A stretch of DNA of 64,000 bases, taken from assembly GCA_905178155.1 (NCBI GenBank), contig CAJINV010000001.1, positions 12,445,832-12,509,831 on the forward strand. The letters run 5' to 3'. The position numbers and the translations under genes are program-made. Shown here one piece after another: positions 49,181 to 60,400 of the stretch (positions are counted from its first letter, which is position 1; each line of letters begins with the position of its first letter). The notes beneath the pieces are model-generated. The model saw only the letters and a program-made list of their open reading frames with translations. It searched no databases and had not been told where the DNA came from. This DNA is from Amoebophrya sp. A120. Taxonomy: Eukaryota; Protista; Dinoflagellata.

Positions 49181-49675
49181 TTAATATAGTTTGTGCTTTA
49201 TGATTTTGTGAAACACATCAAACGTACTCTCTGCGGAAGTAGCCTCGCTGAGGAAATTGTCAACGCTGACAAAGTCCCGGTCTCGTGATGCCAACTGCGA
49301 CGAGTGCTTCGCCATCGAAGCGGGAGTAAAGGAAGAGGGTAGAGTGTCTACCGTCTCCGTGCGGCCTGAAGAGAGTAGCTGGCGTTTCTTCTCCACGCGA
49401 CTTTCTATCTTCTTCCGACGACGCTGCTCCTTATCGCTCGTAGCCGGGTAATACTCGGAACCCAACTGACTCGCAGGCGAGCTCGAAGCGGGCGAGACCG
49501 CTCGGCGCTCCTTCTTTTTATCGTGTTCCTGCAGTATCTGTGCGAGGGATGGTTCCTTCTCCTCGCGAGGCGATGGCGTGGGGCTTTTCGAAAACGCAGT
49601 AGCAGCCAGAAGTTTCGGCCGGAGCCGCCCGGACCGGGGGCTCGGCTCCCTTTCATGAGAGTTCGTGGCCATTCC
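49181..49675 (-). CDS. Hypothetical Ser/Arg-rich ORF, possibly an upstream exon of the SNARE-like gene
   Basis: ATG ORF (MATNSHEREP...) on the gene-cluster strand with coding-like composition; no recognisable domain. Confidence 0.4.
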   Translation of the reverse strand, partial: GMATNSHEREPSPRSGRLRPKLLAATAFSKSPTPSPREEKEPSLAQILQEHDKKKERRAVSPASSSPASQLGSEYYPATSDKEQRRRKKIESRVEKKRQLLSSGRTETVDTLPSSFTPASMAKHSSQLASRDRDFVSVDNFLSEATSAESTFDVFHKIIKHKLY

Positions 49676-50286
49676 TCTACAGGCACAGTGGAAGTTGTAC
49701 AACTTGTAGCCTCTTGTATAAATTGCGGGGCTTTGTATCTATTGCACCCTTTGTTTCAAATAAACCAGCTCCGATAGCTAGAACTGAGTGACGATTTTTC
49801 CATTCGGGCCCGAAAACGCCGGTGAACCAGGCATATACGATGGACTGCTAGGACGACGAGTACGAAAGCGAAGCGACAAAGTTTTTCGGAAATTATTCCG
49901 AAAGACAACGATTGCGAAAACGAATATGTTCAAATCAAAGGTTGTACACGAACAAATCATCTATCATCGATCCTCTCTCACATCGACCTTAAGGAGTGAC
50001 GGATATTAAACGATGAGGCACGATCAGGCGTAGCAACAGCATCTACAACTGCGCTGAATAGCTTGCGAAGCGAAAAACGATCGTTGTAATCACGACCAGG
50101 CACGAAGTGAGAACACCAACTACGACCGCGTCTATCCCTTTTTGCAATCAGGATTATTCCTTGTGCTATTCTTGTTTCATTATTTTTGTTGAAGATAGGT
50201 CGTCGTGGTTCACTGAGCATGAACAATCGTTGCGAGGAAGGAGCGTAGTAGTTGCTTCTTGGAAGTAAGCTGTTGAAAACTGCGCT

Positions 50287-52258
50287 TTACTTCCTGGGTT
50301 CATCTGCTGCGATGCGAATGGCTTGGTGGATCGCCTGCAACTCCCGCTGCTTCTCGCGCAGGCAACTCTGCAACTCCTCGTTCAGTTCTGTCTGGTTCCC
50401 GAGCAGATTTACGACCTGGAAATCATATCAGAAAAGGTTAAATGAAAAAATTTAATTCGAAGGTGATGGCAGTGAATTTCAATTTGTTCATCACCGTAAA
50501 ACCCGATGTCGCAGCGTGAAAAGAAACTCATCGGGAAAAAAATAATTTTCAGCTTACCTTTTGGAGGGTCTTCTTGGACAAGGTGGCTTGGTTGCTGCTT
50601 TCGTCTTGCAACGCGAGTCCCTGAGCTACATACCTGTTTGGCAGTTTGGAAGATTTACTCATGGAATGCTGTGCCATACTTGTCCTAATTACACAAATCC
50701 TTTTTTCAGGATTTTATAACAAAATTATAAAGATTCGCAAAAATCACGTAACAATGACTCATTAATACTGTAGCTCTCCCAGGTTGCAGATGCGCTGTAA
50801 CTCGGCCTCCATATGCGTGAAGTGGTTTGTCAATTCCCTCTCCCGCTCGTAGTCTCTCCTGCAAGCACCGACCGCTATTGCCGACGACTCCAACTGCGTG
50901 AGAATAGTTACGAGCTGCTGGGTGAGCTTCACGTGCGTCTTCTTCAAAGTCTCAAGTTGCGCGGTGAGCTTTCCCTCCACGTTCGTGCGGAGCGTCTTAA
51001 TCGCCTCCTCCAGGGCTTCGCGCTGTGATTTTTTTTAGGTTTTCGTGTTTGAACGAACGTCTATTGAAAAGAAAAACTACACGCACACACCACGTCTGTA
51101 GTAAAGCTGCTTCGACGTTGTAACCTAGAGAGGAAGGTGACAATTTCATCAAAATGAGCCAAAAATACCTCCGCCTCTTGCTTCTGCAACTTCTGTTCCT
51201 GCTCTTGGATGTGCGTTTTCAGTTGCGGAAAATCCAAGATCCTCTTCGGCAGCGCAACACTCACGTCAAACGGGTTCTGGGCCACCGCCATGCGAAACTT
51301 GTTCGGATCCGGACCGTGTTTTATGAAGTCGTATTGGGAAAAATTCGCGATTTCCGCTCGGAGGACGTTCGAATCCACGCCTGGGGGGACGGCGAGGTAC
51401 CTGAATCCAGTTTCGAAGTTATTTGCATTATAGGAAAAAATTGGTACAAGAAGATATTAGCGCTTAAGGAGCCACGCCCAACCCCAATCGGGGGCCGCGG
51501 CCACATAGCGTGCTTACTCTATCGACGATGGATACTACAGTTAGAAAAACCACCACCACAGAAGCACACAAGAGTATTTAGTACGTCCAGCCCACGTTTC
51601 GCATCATGCGGTCGTTATCCAGTTTGAGGATTTCGTCTTGGACATTTTGTATTTCAGCCTGTTCCATCAATGTTTTTGCCGCGAGCTGTTGCTGCGTCAG
51701 GTTGCTCTGCTGTGACATCGCGTTGTTTGGCGCAGCGCCGTTCGCATTATTCGTGCTCCCGAATAAACCACCACCTTGCTGTTGTCCTGTGTTCCCGCCA
51801 AACAAGCCACCGCCACCACTTGGTTGCGCCGCATTGTTTGTCGATCCAAAGAGACCACCGCCTGCATTCTGCGCGGGTTGCTGGGCAGCTGCGTTATTTC
51901 CAACAAGGCCCATCGGGTGGACCCCTGGTTGTAATGTGCTTCCGAAGGGTGCGGCACTGGTCGCGTTACCAAACAAGCCACCGCCCGCTGGCTGCGACGG
52001 TGCCGCTGCTGTGTTGCCAAACAACCCACCACCCGCTGGCTGCTGCGTATTAGTGGTGCTTCCAAACAAACCGCCACCTTGAGCTGGCTGTTGCGGTTGT
52101 TGCTGCGCGCCGCCGCCAAACAGTCCGCCACCAGAAGTGCTACTGGTACTGTTACCGAACAGTCCGCCGCCAGCTGGCTTTGGGGGCTGCGAGTTGGAGG
52201 CGCCCCCAAACAAGCCCCCGCCGCCGGTGTTCGCGGTGTTGCCGAAAATGCCGGCCAT
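50287..52258 (-). CDS. NUP54: FG-repeat nucleoporin, Nup54-like, multi-exon
   Basis: Many GGLFG repeats in 51578-52258, then MAVAQNPFDVSVALPKRILDFPQLKTHIQEQEQ (Nup54-like) and coiled-coil exons. The last exon ends at TAA 50289-50287. Confidence 0.8.
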
Positions 52259-52796
52259 TGTCGTGGGCGTCGCTATAGGGTTCTATGTGAATCTTTTCTC
52301 TGTAATCAAAGCTTGAAGAAACTCATTCTAACGTCTGGAAACGCAGTTTTCTCTTTGATATTTTGACTTCACTAATTCTGAGAGATGTCGCTAATGTCGC
52401 TGTGGGGTAAGGAAGAAACGTGGGTAGAAAGAGGAACATCAAAAACCGCGCGAACGGATTTGTTTCATCATCTGGGACCCATCCTTTAATTATCTTCGCA
52501 TCAACCAAATCAGATCACAGAACTTCAAGGACTAGGATCCTTTTTTTGAGCGAAGGATCAACCAAGAAAGATGCAACGCATCACTGTGGAACTCTTTTTG
52601 TCAGTGATGAGCAAATTGGTGGAACTACTTCGTCATTGTGCTGCAAAATGATCTCTGGCGAGTTTTGAACTTGTGAACAACGAAGAGCAAAACCGCCCTT
52701 GCGTTTCTGCGTTTCGCAAAAGCGAAGTTCTCGTCGAATTCAATCTCTACAATGACTAGCGAAAGGTCAGAAAACCCATTATTTAATAGTATTCCG

Positions 52797-53062
52797 CAAC
52801 AGAAACAAAGAATGGAAACGAAAAATGAAAACAAACAATGGAAACGAAAAACGAAAACAAAGAATAGAAACGAAAAACGAAAACAAACAATGGAAACGAA
52901 AAACGAAAACAAAGAATAGAAACGAAAAACGAAAACGAAAAACGAAAACGAACAATGGAAACGAAAAACGAAAACAAAGAAGAGAAACGAAAAACGAAAA
53001 CAAAGAATGAAAACGAAAAACGAAAACTAAGAATATAAACGAAAAACAACAACAACGAAACG
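52797..53062. repeat. A-rich tandem repeat built from AAACGAAA/AAACAAAGAAT units
   Basis: Repeated GAAACGAAAAACGAAAACAAA(C/G)AAT units visible directly. Confidence 0.95.
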
Positions 53063-53086
53063 CAGACAAAGCGCCCAAGCTTCTAA

Positions 53087-53544
53087 GCGGCGAAGCCTCG
53101 AAGCGCCGAAGCAGCGAAGCCTCGAGGCAGCGAAGCCTGGAAGCAGCGAAGCCTGGAAGCAGCGAAGCCTGGAAGCGGCGAAGCCTCGAAGCGGCGAAGC
53201 CTCGAAGCGGCGAGGCCTCGAAGCGGCGAAGCCTCGAAGCGGCGAAGCCTCGAAGCGGCGAAGCCTCGAAGCGGCGAAGCCTCGAAGCGGCGAAGCCTCG
53301 AGGCGGCGAAGCCGCGAAGCCTCGAGGCGGCGAAGCCGCGAAGCCTCGAAGCAGCGGAGCCTCGAAGCAGCGAAGCCTCGAAGCGGCGAAGCCTCGAAGC
53401 GGCGAAGCCTCGAAGCGGCGAAGCCTCGAAGCGGCGAAGCCTCGAAGCGGCGAAGCCCCGAAGCCTCGAAGCGGCGAAGCCTCGAAGCGGCGAAGCCTCG
53501 AGGCGGCGAAGCCTCGAAGCGGCGAAGCCTCGAAGCGGCGAAGC
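53087..53544. repeat. 16-bp minisatellite GCGGCGAAGCCTCGAA, ~28 copies
   Basis: Near-perfect tandem copies. Confidence 0.97.
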
Positions 53545-54052
53545 GTCCAAGAGCCAGGACGCGGACATGCCGCGTCCACGAGCCAGGACGCGGACATGTC
53601 GCGTCCAAGAGCCAGGACGCGGACATGTCGCGTCCAAGGAAGAGTCAGGACGCGGACATGTCGCGTCAAAGAGCCGGGACGCGGACATGTCGCGTCAAAG
53701 AGCCGGGACGCGGACATGTCGCGTCCAAGAGCCAGGACGCGAACGTGTCGCGTCCAAGAGCCAGGACGCGGACATGTCGCGTCCAAGGAAAAGCCAGGAC
53801 GCGGATATGTCGCGTCCAAGGAAGAGCCAGGACGCGGACACATCGCGTCCAAGAGCCAGGACGCGGACGTGTCGCGTCCAAGGAAAAGCCAGGACGCGAA
53901 CATGTCGCGTCCGAGAGCCAGGACACGGACATGTCGCGTCCAAGAGCCAGGACGCGGACATGTCGCGTCCAAGAGCCAGGACGCGGACACGTCGCGTCCA
54001 AGAGCCAGGACGCGGACATGTCGCGTCCAAGGAAGAGCCAGGACGCGGAAAC
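53543..54052. repeat. 29/33-bp minisatellite GCGTCCAA(GGAA)GAGCCAGGACGCGGACATGTC, ~17 copies
   Basis: Tandem copies, each containing the near-palindrome GGACGCGGACATGTCGCGTCC. Confidence 0.96.
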
Positions 54053-54089
54053 GTCGTCTCGGGCGACATGTCGTCGGGCCGGTTCCACG

Positions 54090-55830
54090 TCGTGGCCAAG
54101 CCTGCCCATGCCAGATCATGGCCAAGCCGGTGCCGGATCCATCATGGCCAAGCCTGCCCGTGCCAGATCATGGCCAAGCCGGTGCCGGGTCCATCATGGC
54201 CAAGCCTACCAGCCGGCGCCAGCTCATTGCGGAGCCGGTGCCAGATCACTGCCGAGCCGGTGCCAGATCTTGGCCAAGCCTATGCCAGGCCGTGGCCAAG
54301 CCGGTGCCAGATCCTGGCGAAGCCTGCCGGTGCCAGGTTGTGCCCAGGCCGGTCGGTGCCAGATCATGGCCAAGCCAAGCCTGCCGATGCCAGATCATGG
54401 CCAGGCCTAGCCGGCCGGTGCCAGATCGGAGCCAAGCCTGCCAGCCGGTGCCCGGCAGATGGAAGGATCATGGCCAAACCGGTGCCAGATCATGGACGAG
54501 CCCGCGCCACCCAGCTCATGGCTTGGCAAAGCCGACGCCAGGTCGTCCGTGCCCAAGGATGCCTGCCGGTGTGTGCCAGATCATGGCCCGGACCGCTGGC
54601 GCCAGGTCGTGGCCGAACCGCTGCAAAATCATGGCCAAGCAAGCCTGCCAGCCGGTGCCCGGCCATGGCCAAACCGGTGCCAGATCATGGCCGCGCCTGC
54701 GAACGTCGGTCTGCCAACCTGCCCGCCGGTGCCAGATCATGGCCAGGCCGGTTCCGAGTGGTGCTGGTGGCCAGACCGGTGCCGGATCATGGCCAGCCCG
54801 TTGCCAGATCATGGCCAAGCCGGTGCCAGATCATCGCCAAGCCGGTGCCAGGCAGGCCGTGTCCACGCGGGCCGGTGCCAGATCATGGCCAAGCCGGCGC
54901 CAAATCATGGCCACGCCGGTGCCAGATCATGGCCAAGCCGGTGCCAGGTCGTGGCCAAGCCGGTTCCGGGCCGCGGCCAAGGCGGTGCCAGGCAGATGAT
55001 GGCCAGGCCGGCGCCAGAGAGATCATGGCCAAGCCGGCCCCGGGTCGTGGCCAGGCCTGCTTGCTCCAGGTCGTCCGCGGCCGCGCCCGCCGGTGCCAGA
55101 TCATGGCCAAGCCGGTGCCAGGTCGTGGCTAAGCCGGTGCCAGATCATGGTCAAGCCGGTGCCAGGTCATCACCGAGCCGGTGCCAGATCATGGCCAAGC
55201 CTGCCCGCCGGCCTGCCGGTGCCAGATCATGGCCCGGCCGGTTCTAGATCATGGCCAAGCCCGCCGGTGCCAGGCAGGTCGTGGCCAGGCTGGTCGATGC
55301 CAGATCACAGCCAGGCCGGTGCTCGCTCATGCCCAAGCCGGTGCCAAGCCAAGCTGGTTCCGGGTCGTGGCCAAGCCAAGCTGGTTCCGGGTCGTGGTCA
55401 AGCCGAAGCCGGTGCGAAATCATGGGGAGGCCAGCCAGCAAGCCGGTGCCAGATCATGGCAAAGCCGAGCCCTTGCGCCAGATCATGGCCAAGCCGGTGC
55501 CAGATGGATCATGGCCAAGCCCGCCTGCCGGTGCAAGAGCATCGCCAAGCCGGTGCGAGCTCAAGGCCATGCCTGCCAGTGCCAAGTCGCGGCCAAGCCG
55601 GTGCCAAAACATGGCCGTGCCGGTGCCAGATCATGGTCGTGCCGGTGCCCGATCATGCCCAAACCGGTGTCAGGACCTGGCTAAGCCGATACCAGACCCT
55701 GGCCAAGCCGGTGCCCGACCATGCCCGCCCCCCGCCGCCAGATGGATCGCGGCCCCGCCGGTGCCAGCATGCAAGATGGCGGCAACGGCCAACCTGCCAG
55801 CCGCGCCGGTGCCGGATCGTGGCCAAGCCG
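54090..55830. repeat. Degenerate 22-bp satellite GCCGGTGCCAGATCATGGCCAA
   Basis: Dozens of variably diverged copies. Confidence 0.95.
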
Positions 55831-56013
55831 TTCTGGCGCTTTGAAAATCGCAGGCAGATGGGCCTGCCTGTGCTGAAGCGCCGACGACGATTTTCCACAG
55901 AAAGACGCTGAGTGCTACCATTCATCTAGCGGAATACTATTAAGTCTGCAGGTTACTGGACACGGGAAGCGGGATAAGGCTAGTATCACTATCACATTGC
56001 ATTCAAATTACCA

Positions 56014-57177
56014 TCACAACTTATGCAATACAGTTCTGTCGAGCGGCGGCAACATCACTGTTGTGACCGAGTTGCTGATGAAGCTGGACGCTAAGTCGGC
56101 CTCCCAGTCTATGTGTTGCCGCTCATCGTACACTAAGGCGTGCCAGACGTGAATCCGCCGACTGCTTTTCTTTTTCCTGTTCCCCCCTCTCAAACTCCAA
56201 GCGACCGAGTGCGAGAGCCAGGACGGATACAGCACGAGCTCTCCCGCCGCCGGATATACGAAATGCGTGGCCCCAAACGGCGGCACCGCGCCGCGCGGAT
56301 CGTAGAACTGCACCACAATCTCCTCGTCTGGCTGCAGATCGCAGAAAAACATCCCCGCGAGAATCGCCCCCGCGTGCACGTGCGGACGGATGTTGCCACT
56401 GAGCGGTAGAAGGACCTCCACATGTAGAAAAACTTCCAGGTGTTTCATCGGCGTCGGCAGCTTTTTCTGGAAGTACGCGGTCGTCAACTGTTTTATTCGT
56501 TTCTGCAAATATCTTACTTCCAGCAGCGAGGGCTGATGTTTTGGTGGGACCGCACGGAGAGAGAAGGCGCTGCTGTACATCGCTTGTAGCGTTGCTAAAA
56601 TGCCCGTTGGAAGCGCGTACTGTTCTGATGAGCCTACCAACGCCGCCTCTCCTGTGCTGGAGCTGCAAGTTTGTAGTTTCTGCGCCGAAGCTGTAGAAGA
56701 TCCATCTGCGCCTACAGCCGCGCTTGGCTCAGCGTCACACTTCGCCGTTTGATTTCTGCTTAACAACACCGCACTCCACAACACCTCGCCCTTGTAGTCC
56801 CAGATTTCTGGGGAGACATCCTCGACTAGACCGGCCTGCGTTTTCTGCCACCGAAGAAAAAACTCTGACCGCCTTCCGCCGCCGTCCAGGTTTCGAAACT
56901 CCTGGCGCGCTTCCGGAAACTGTCGTAGCTCCGCTATAAGTGCTTCCCCCTCGTAGTAGTCGTACAGACCTTTTGCCGCTTCTGTCAGGAGCTTCTTGTC
57001 CAGCTCATCCACGGCAATGGAAGCAAGATCCGTTGGGTACAGCGAAGTGCGCTCGAAGCGTAATTCTTTGAGCGAGTTCTTTCCCTCGGTTGTAGTTTTT
57101 TGCGCCGCAGCAAAGGTGCAGAAGATGAGCACTGTGTGCGGGAGCAACGAGAACAACCTTGAATCTTTGTGCCACAT
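56014..57177 (-). CDS. Putative 2OG-Fe(II) oxygenase (TIGR02466-like) with a signal peptide
   Basis: Motifs PHVHAGAILAGMFF, FYDPRG and PAAGELVLYPSWLSHSV followed by Arg, plus a hydrophobic N-terminus. Confidence 0.82.
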   Translation of the reverse strand: MWHKDSRLFSLLPHTVLIFCTFAAAQKTTTEGKNSLKELRFERTSLYPTDLASIAVDELDKKLLTEAAKGLYDYYEGEALIAELRQFPEARQEFRNLDGGGRRSEFFLRWQKTQAGLVEDVSPEIWDYKGEVLWSAVLLSRNQTAKCDAEPSAAVGADGSSTASAQKLQTCSSSTGEAALVGSSEQYALPTGILATLQAMYSSAFSLRAVPPKHQPSLLEVRYLQKRIKQLTTAYFQKKLPTPMKHLEVFLHVEVLLPLSGNIRPHVHAGAILAGMFFCDLQPDEEIVVQFYDPRGAVPPFGATHFVYPAAGELVLYPSWLSHSVAWSLRGGNRKKKSSRRIHVWHALVYDERQHIDWEADLASSFISNSVTTVMLPPLDRTVLHKL

Positions 57178-57434
57178 CTTATGATGTATCTTTCCTTCTA
57201 CTTCTCCCACGCCGGCTCGTCTACTTGAGCGGGCCGCTTTCTCGCATCATAGGTCGTGCACGAGATCAAGCTGACGCGACCAGAAGAGAGCCATAAGCTG
57301 CGAAGAAAAACCCAGCTGAGCAAACAGCTGCTTACTCAGCCAAAGTTGAACGCATCGACGAAGGTCTGTATTGGAAGATTACGAAGCGGTGAGCAATCAC
57401 TTCGCATTCGCTAGGAACTTCTTGCAGATCGGTT

Positions 57435-60400
57435 CTACTCTATGATCTCTTCTTCTTCACTACTTGACGGCACTGCAGGAACAACGTTCGGACCCTTATC
57501 CTCCTCCTGCTTTGCATCTTCAGGAGATTGTTCCTGAAGTTCACGTTCTTGTGCGGTCAGTGACTGCTCTGCGACCATCACCACTTCTTCCCCCGGTAGT
57601 TCTCGCCCCGTCGGACTCAAACTATGATCTTCCCCATCCCCGATCGGATCGCCTTCGCCCAACTCCGACAGGTGCACACTGCTCCGACTGGTCTCCTGCT
57701 TCGTTGTCAACCCGCCGGATGGCAGGGCCGAAGGCTGGGGCCGCATTTTCTCTCCCGCTGAGGTGATCGACCAGGACCCGGTCGGTAACTTCCTGGTCGT
57801 CCCCGCTTGTTGTGGGGATCCAACCCGCGGCTCCGGGGACAGCAGGCGCTGTCCCTGCAAAATCTGCTGCGACTCCGGGCTTTTCGGTTCTGGTCGGAGC
57901 TCCACCTCGGGGGAAGAAACAGCGGATGATTTGGACTTGATCACGTTCGTCTGCGTCGGTGTCTCCTGTCCTTCTTCTTCTAGCAACTCTGCTGGTCTTT
58001 CTACTGGTGCAACGGGATTTTCGTTTCCAGAATTTCCTACAAGAACTCCTGCACGAACAGCAACAACCTCATCAGAATTTTCGTGGCCCGCGAAAACAGC
58101 TTTAGTACCGGTTGGCGACTTCGACTTCTGAGGCGTTTGCCTGTCGCCTGCATCCGCAATATTTTGCTCACGAGTATCTTCTTTGCTTTTGGCCTCGGTT
58201 TCAGCGCTTCGCGTAGTTGTTGGTGATTTATGCCCCGGTTGGCGAAAATCTTCCTTCTGCCGATCATCTCCTGAGGGTGCAGCCACTTCTTCTCGCGAAT
58301 TCGAAGGACTGCCAACCATCTCATCACGACGACCTTTGGCATTCAGTGCCTGACCGTCGCCACTGTTGAAATAGACCACTTCATTCACCACAACGCCCTC
58401 ATCGGGGATCACTTCCTCCCCGTGCTGACCACCCTCTGCGTCCACTTCCCCGAGACTTTCCGCGCCATCTTGAGCTATGGTCTCAGGCTCGTCCACAAGC
58501 CCCTTCACGTCCTGGTCGTGCAAAAGTCCCAAACCCTCGACCGCGTCCTCCTCGACCAGCACATCCTCGGGCTCAGTGTGGTACAGTTGTTCCGGTGCGG
58601 TAGTCTCACTGTCCGCGCCGAAGACTCGCAAAATCCCGCCAAACACCGCACCCGGTGTGGTTTTTACCCTTTCCGTAGCGCTCTCCTCGTCGGACGACGA
58701 GGAAGAATCGTGCGGTCGGGCATGCGACTCCACCTGGGCAGACCCGCCACGAAAACTGCTGCCTTGGTTACTTGTTCCTTGGTGCTGCGCGAGCAACAGC
58801 ATCCGCTTCCGGGCTAGCTCCGCAGTCCGACGGAGCTCCTCGTCCTCCGCTTCGTTCTTAGTCTGCTCCATTTTGCGCACTTGCTCTTTTGTGAAAACCG
58901 TCGGCTCATCGTCTTCTTCCTCGTCGGAGAAGTTTGTCGAGCCGACTTGAAATCGCAGGTCAGGTGACTTCTTGGTAGTCGATGATGCGTCTTTGTTGGC
59001 ATCTTCCATGTCATCGAAGTCCGTGGAAACAACTTTGATCGCAAGATCGGACGACGGGCGCGGAGGTGGCAGAAACGAAGTGGAGCTCTGGTGCTGATTT
59101 TCCGCAGCGTCTTGAACAGGGGAAAAGAAAGCGTCAAAATTCGCGAAGTTCGCCTTGTGTCTTTTCACCCGCTGGCGAAAATCTCGAAATCGCTGATCTG
59201 GATCATCTGCTTCCTGCGCTTCAGCTTCCTCCGAAACACGAGCCGGTGCTGAGTTCGTCTCAGAAACGGAATTCTTACCCTCTACCTCCTCGCCCGCCAA
59301 CTGCCCCGGAAGAGTTCTCGCGTAAACCGCTCGCCGCCAATTCCTTTGCAGAACACCGATGGCTGTGCGCTTCCTACCAGCGATCTCTACCGCTTTCCGT
59401 CGCTCCCGCAGACCACGATACAGCTCGCCGATACGGCGCGCGGCTTTTTGATTCTCTGCTTCCGGCCAGATCTCCTCTGTCGCGAGAATGGCGTCTAGGC
59501 CCTGCTTTCGTTCGTCAAAGGACGTTGCGGAGGACGAACGGTCCATCGAGATAAGCCGCATGTTGATCACGCCAGACCCATACACCTCCTCCGCGATGAC
59601 GATACCCGTTGGGGTGCCAGGCGATCGCTGGTTTTGTAGTACAACCACGCCACCAGCACTTTTCCCGCCATCGCTGCCGGGAGACGAACCCTGGAGATCT
59701 TCCTGTCTGGTGCTTGTCAGCGGCGACCCGGCGGCGCTTTCCTCGTAGGAAGGTGGCGTGCCGGGCCCCAGAGCCTCGCGCATCTCAGACAAGGCCGATT
59801 CCAAAGCCTGCTTTCGCAGGCTCTCCAAGTCCAGCGGGCTGTTCTCGTCCGCGACGCGCCCGACGTCGTCGTCATCACCCACAGCGTCGTGGTACTCGTG
59901 AGCATCCTTTTGTTCCTCCGACGTATCGGATCGTTGGGTTTCCTTTTTTTGTGCGTCAATTATGGCAGGTCGTGGTGGACCTTCTGCATAAGAAGTAGAC
60001 TCTTTCTCAATCACTGCTGAGACGACCTGCAAACCGTTTTGTATTTCGCCGTTGGCGAAGAATTCCGATGGCGAGACTTTCTCCTCTAAGGGTTCGGCTT
60101 CTGCGGTTTTGGCAATGGTTTTCCCGTCATCCGTCCCCGACCAGCACACCTCCTCCGCCGTCGGTGGCATGGACCCTTCTCTTCGCATCGTCTTTGACGC
60201 GACCTTTTCCGAGTGCGACGGGTGACGGTCATCACTGATGTGCTCCACCTGCTCGTCGACATCCACGCTCCGTTCGTAGTCGCTGCTACTCGCTTCCGAT
60301 TGTTGCACGAAAGAAGTGGTGTTCGCTTCATATTGGAAGTCGAAGTAGTGCCGCAAGTAGTGCTGGTACGGACTGGTTCCCGGGAAGATGAATCGGCGGG

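Noticed and set aside
53543-54052. CRISPR-like palindromic 29-bp repeats
   Set aside because: No unique spacers, no cas genes and a eukaryotic context; this is a minisatellite.
52779-55911. Long ORFs of 260-520 aa on both strands (ASRLRRFE, TRHVRVLA and ARSWPSRC repeats)
   Set aside because: They are open in many frames only because the tandem units lack stop codons, and unit lengths of 16, 29 and 22 bp are not multiples of 3.
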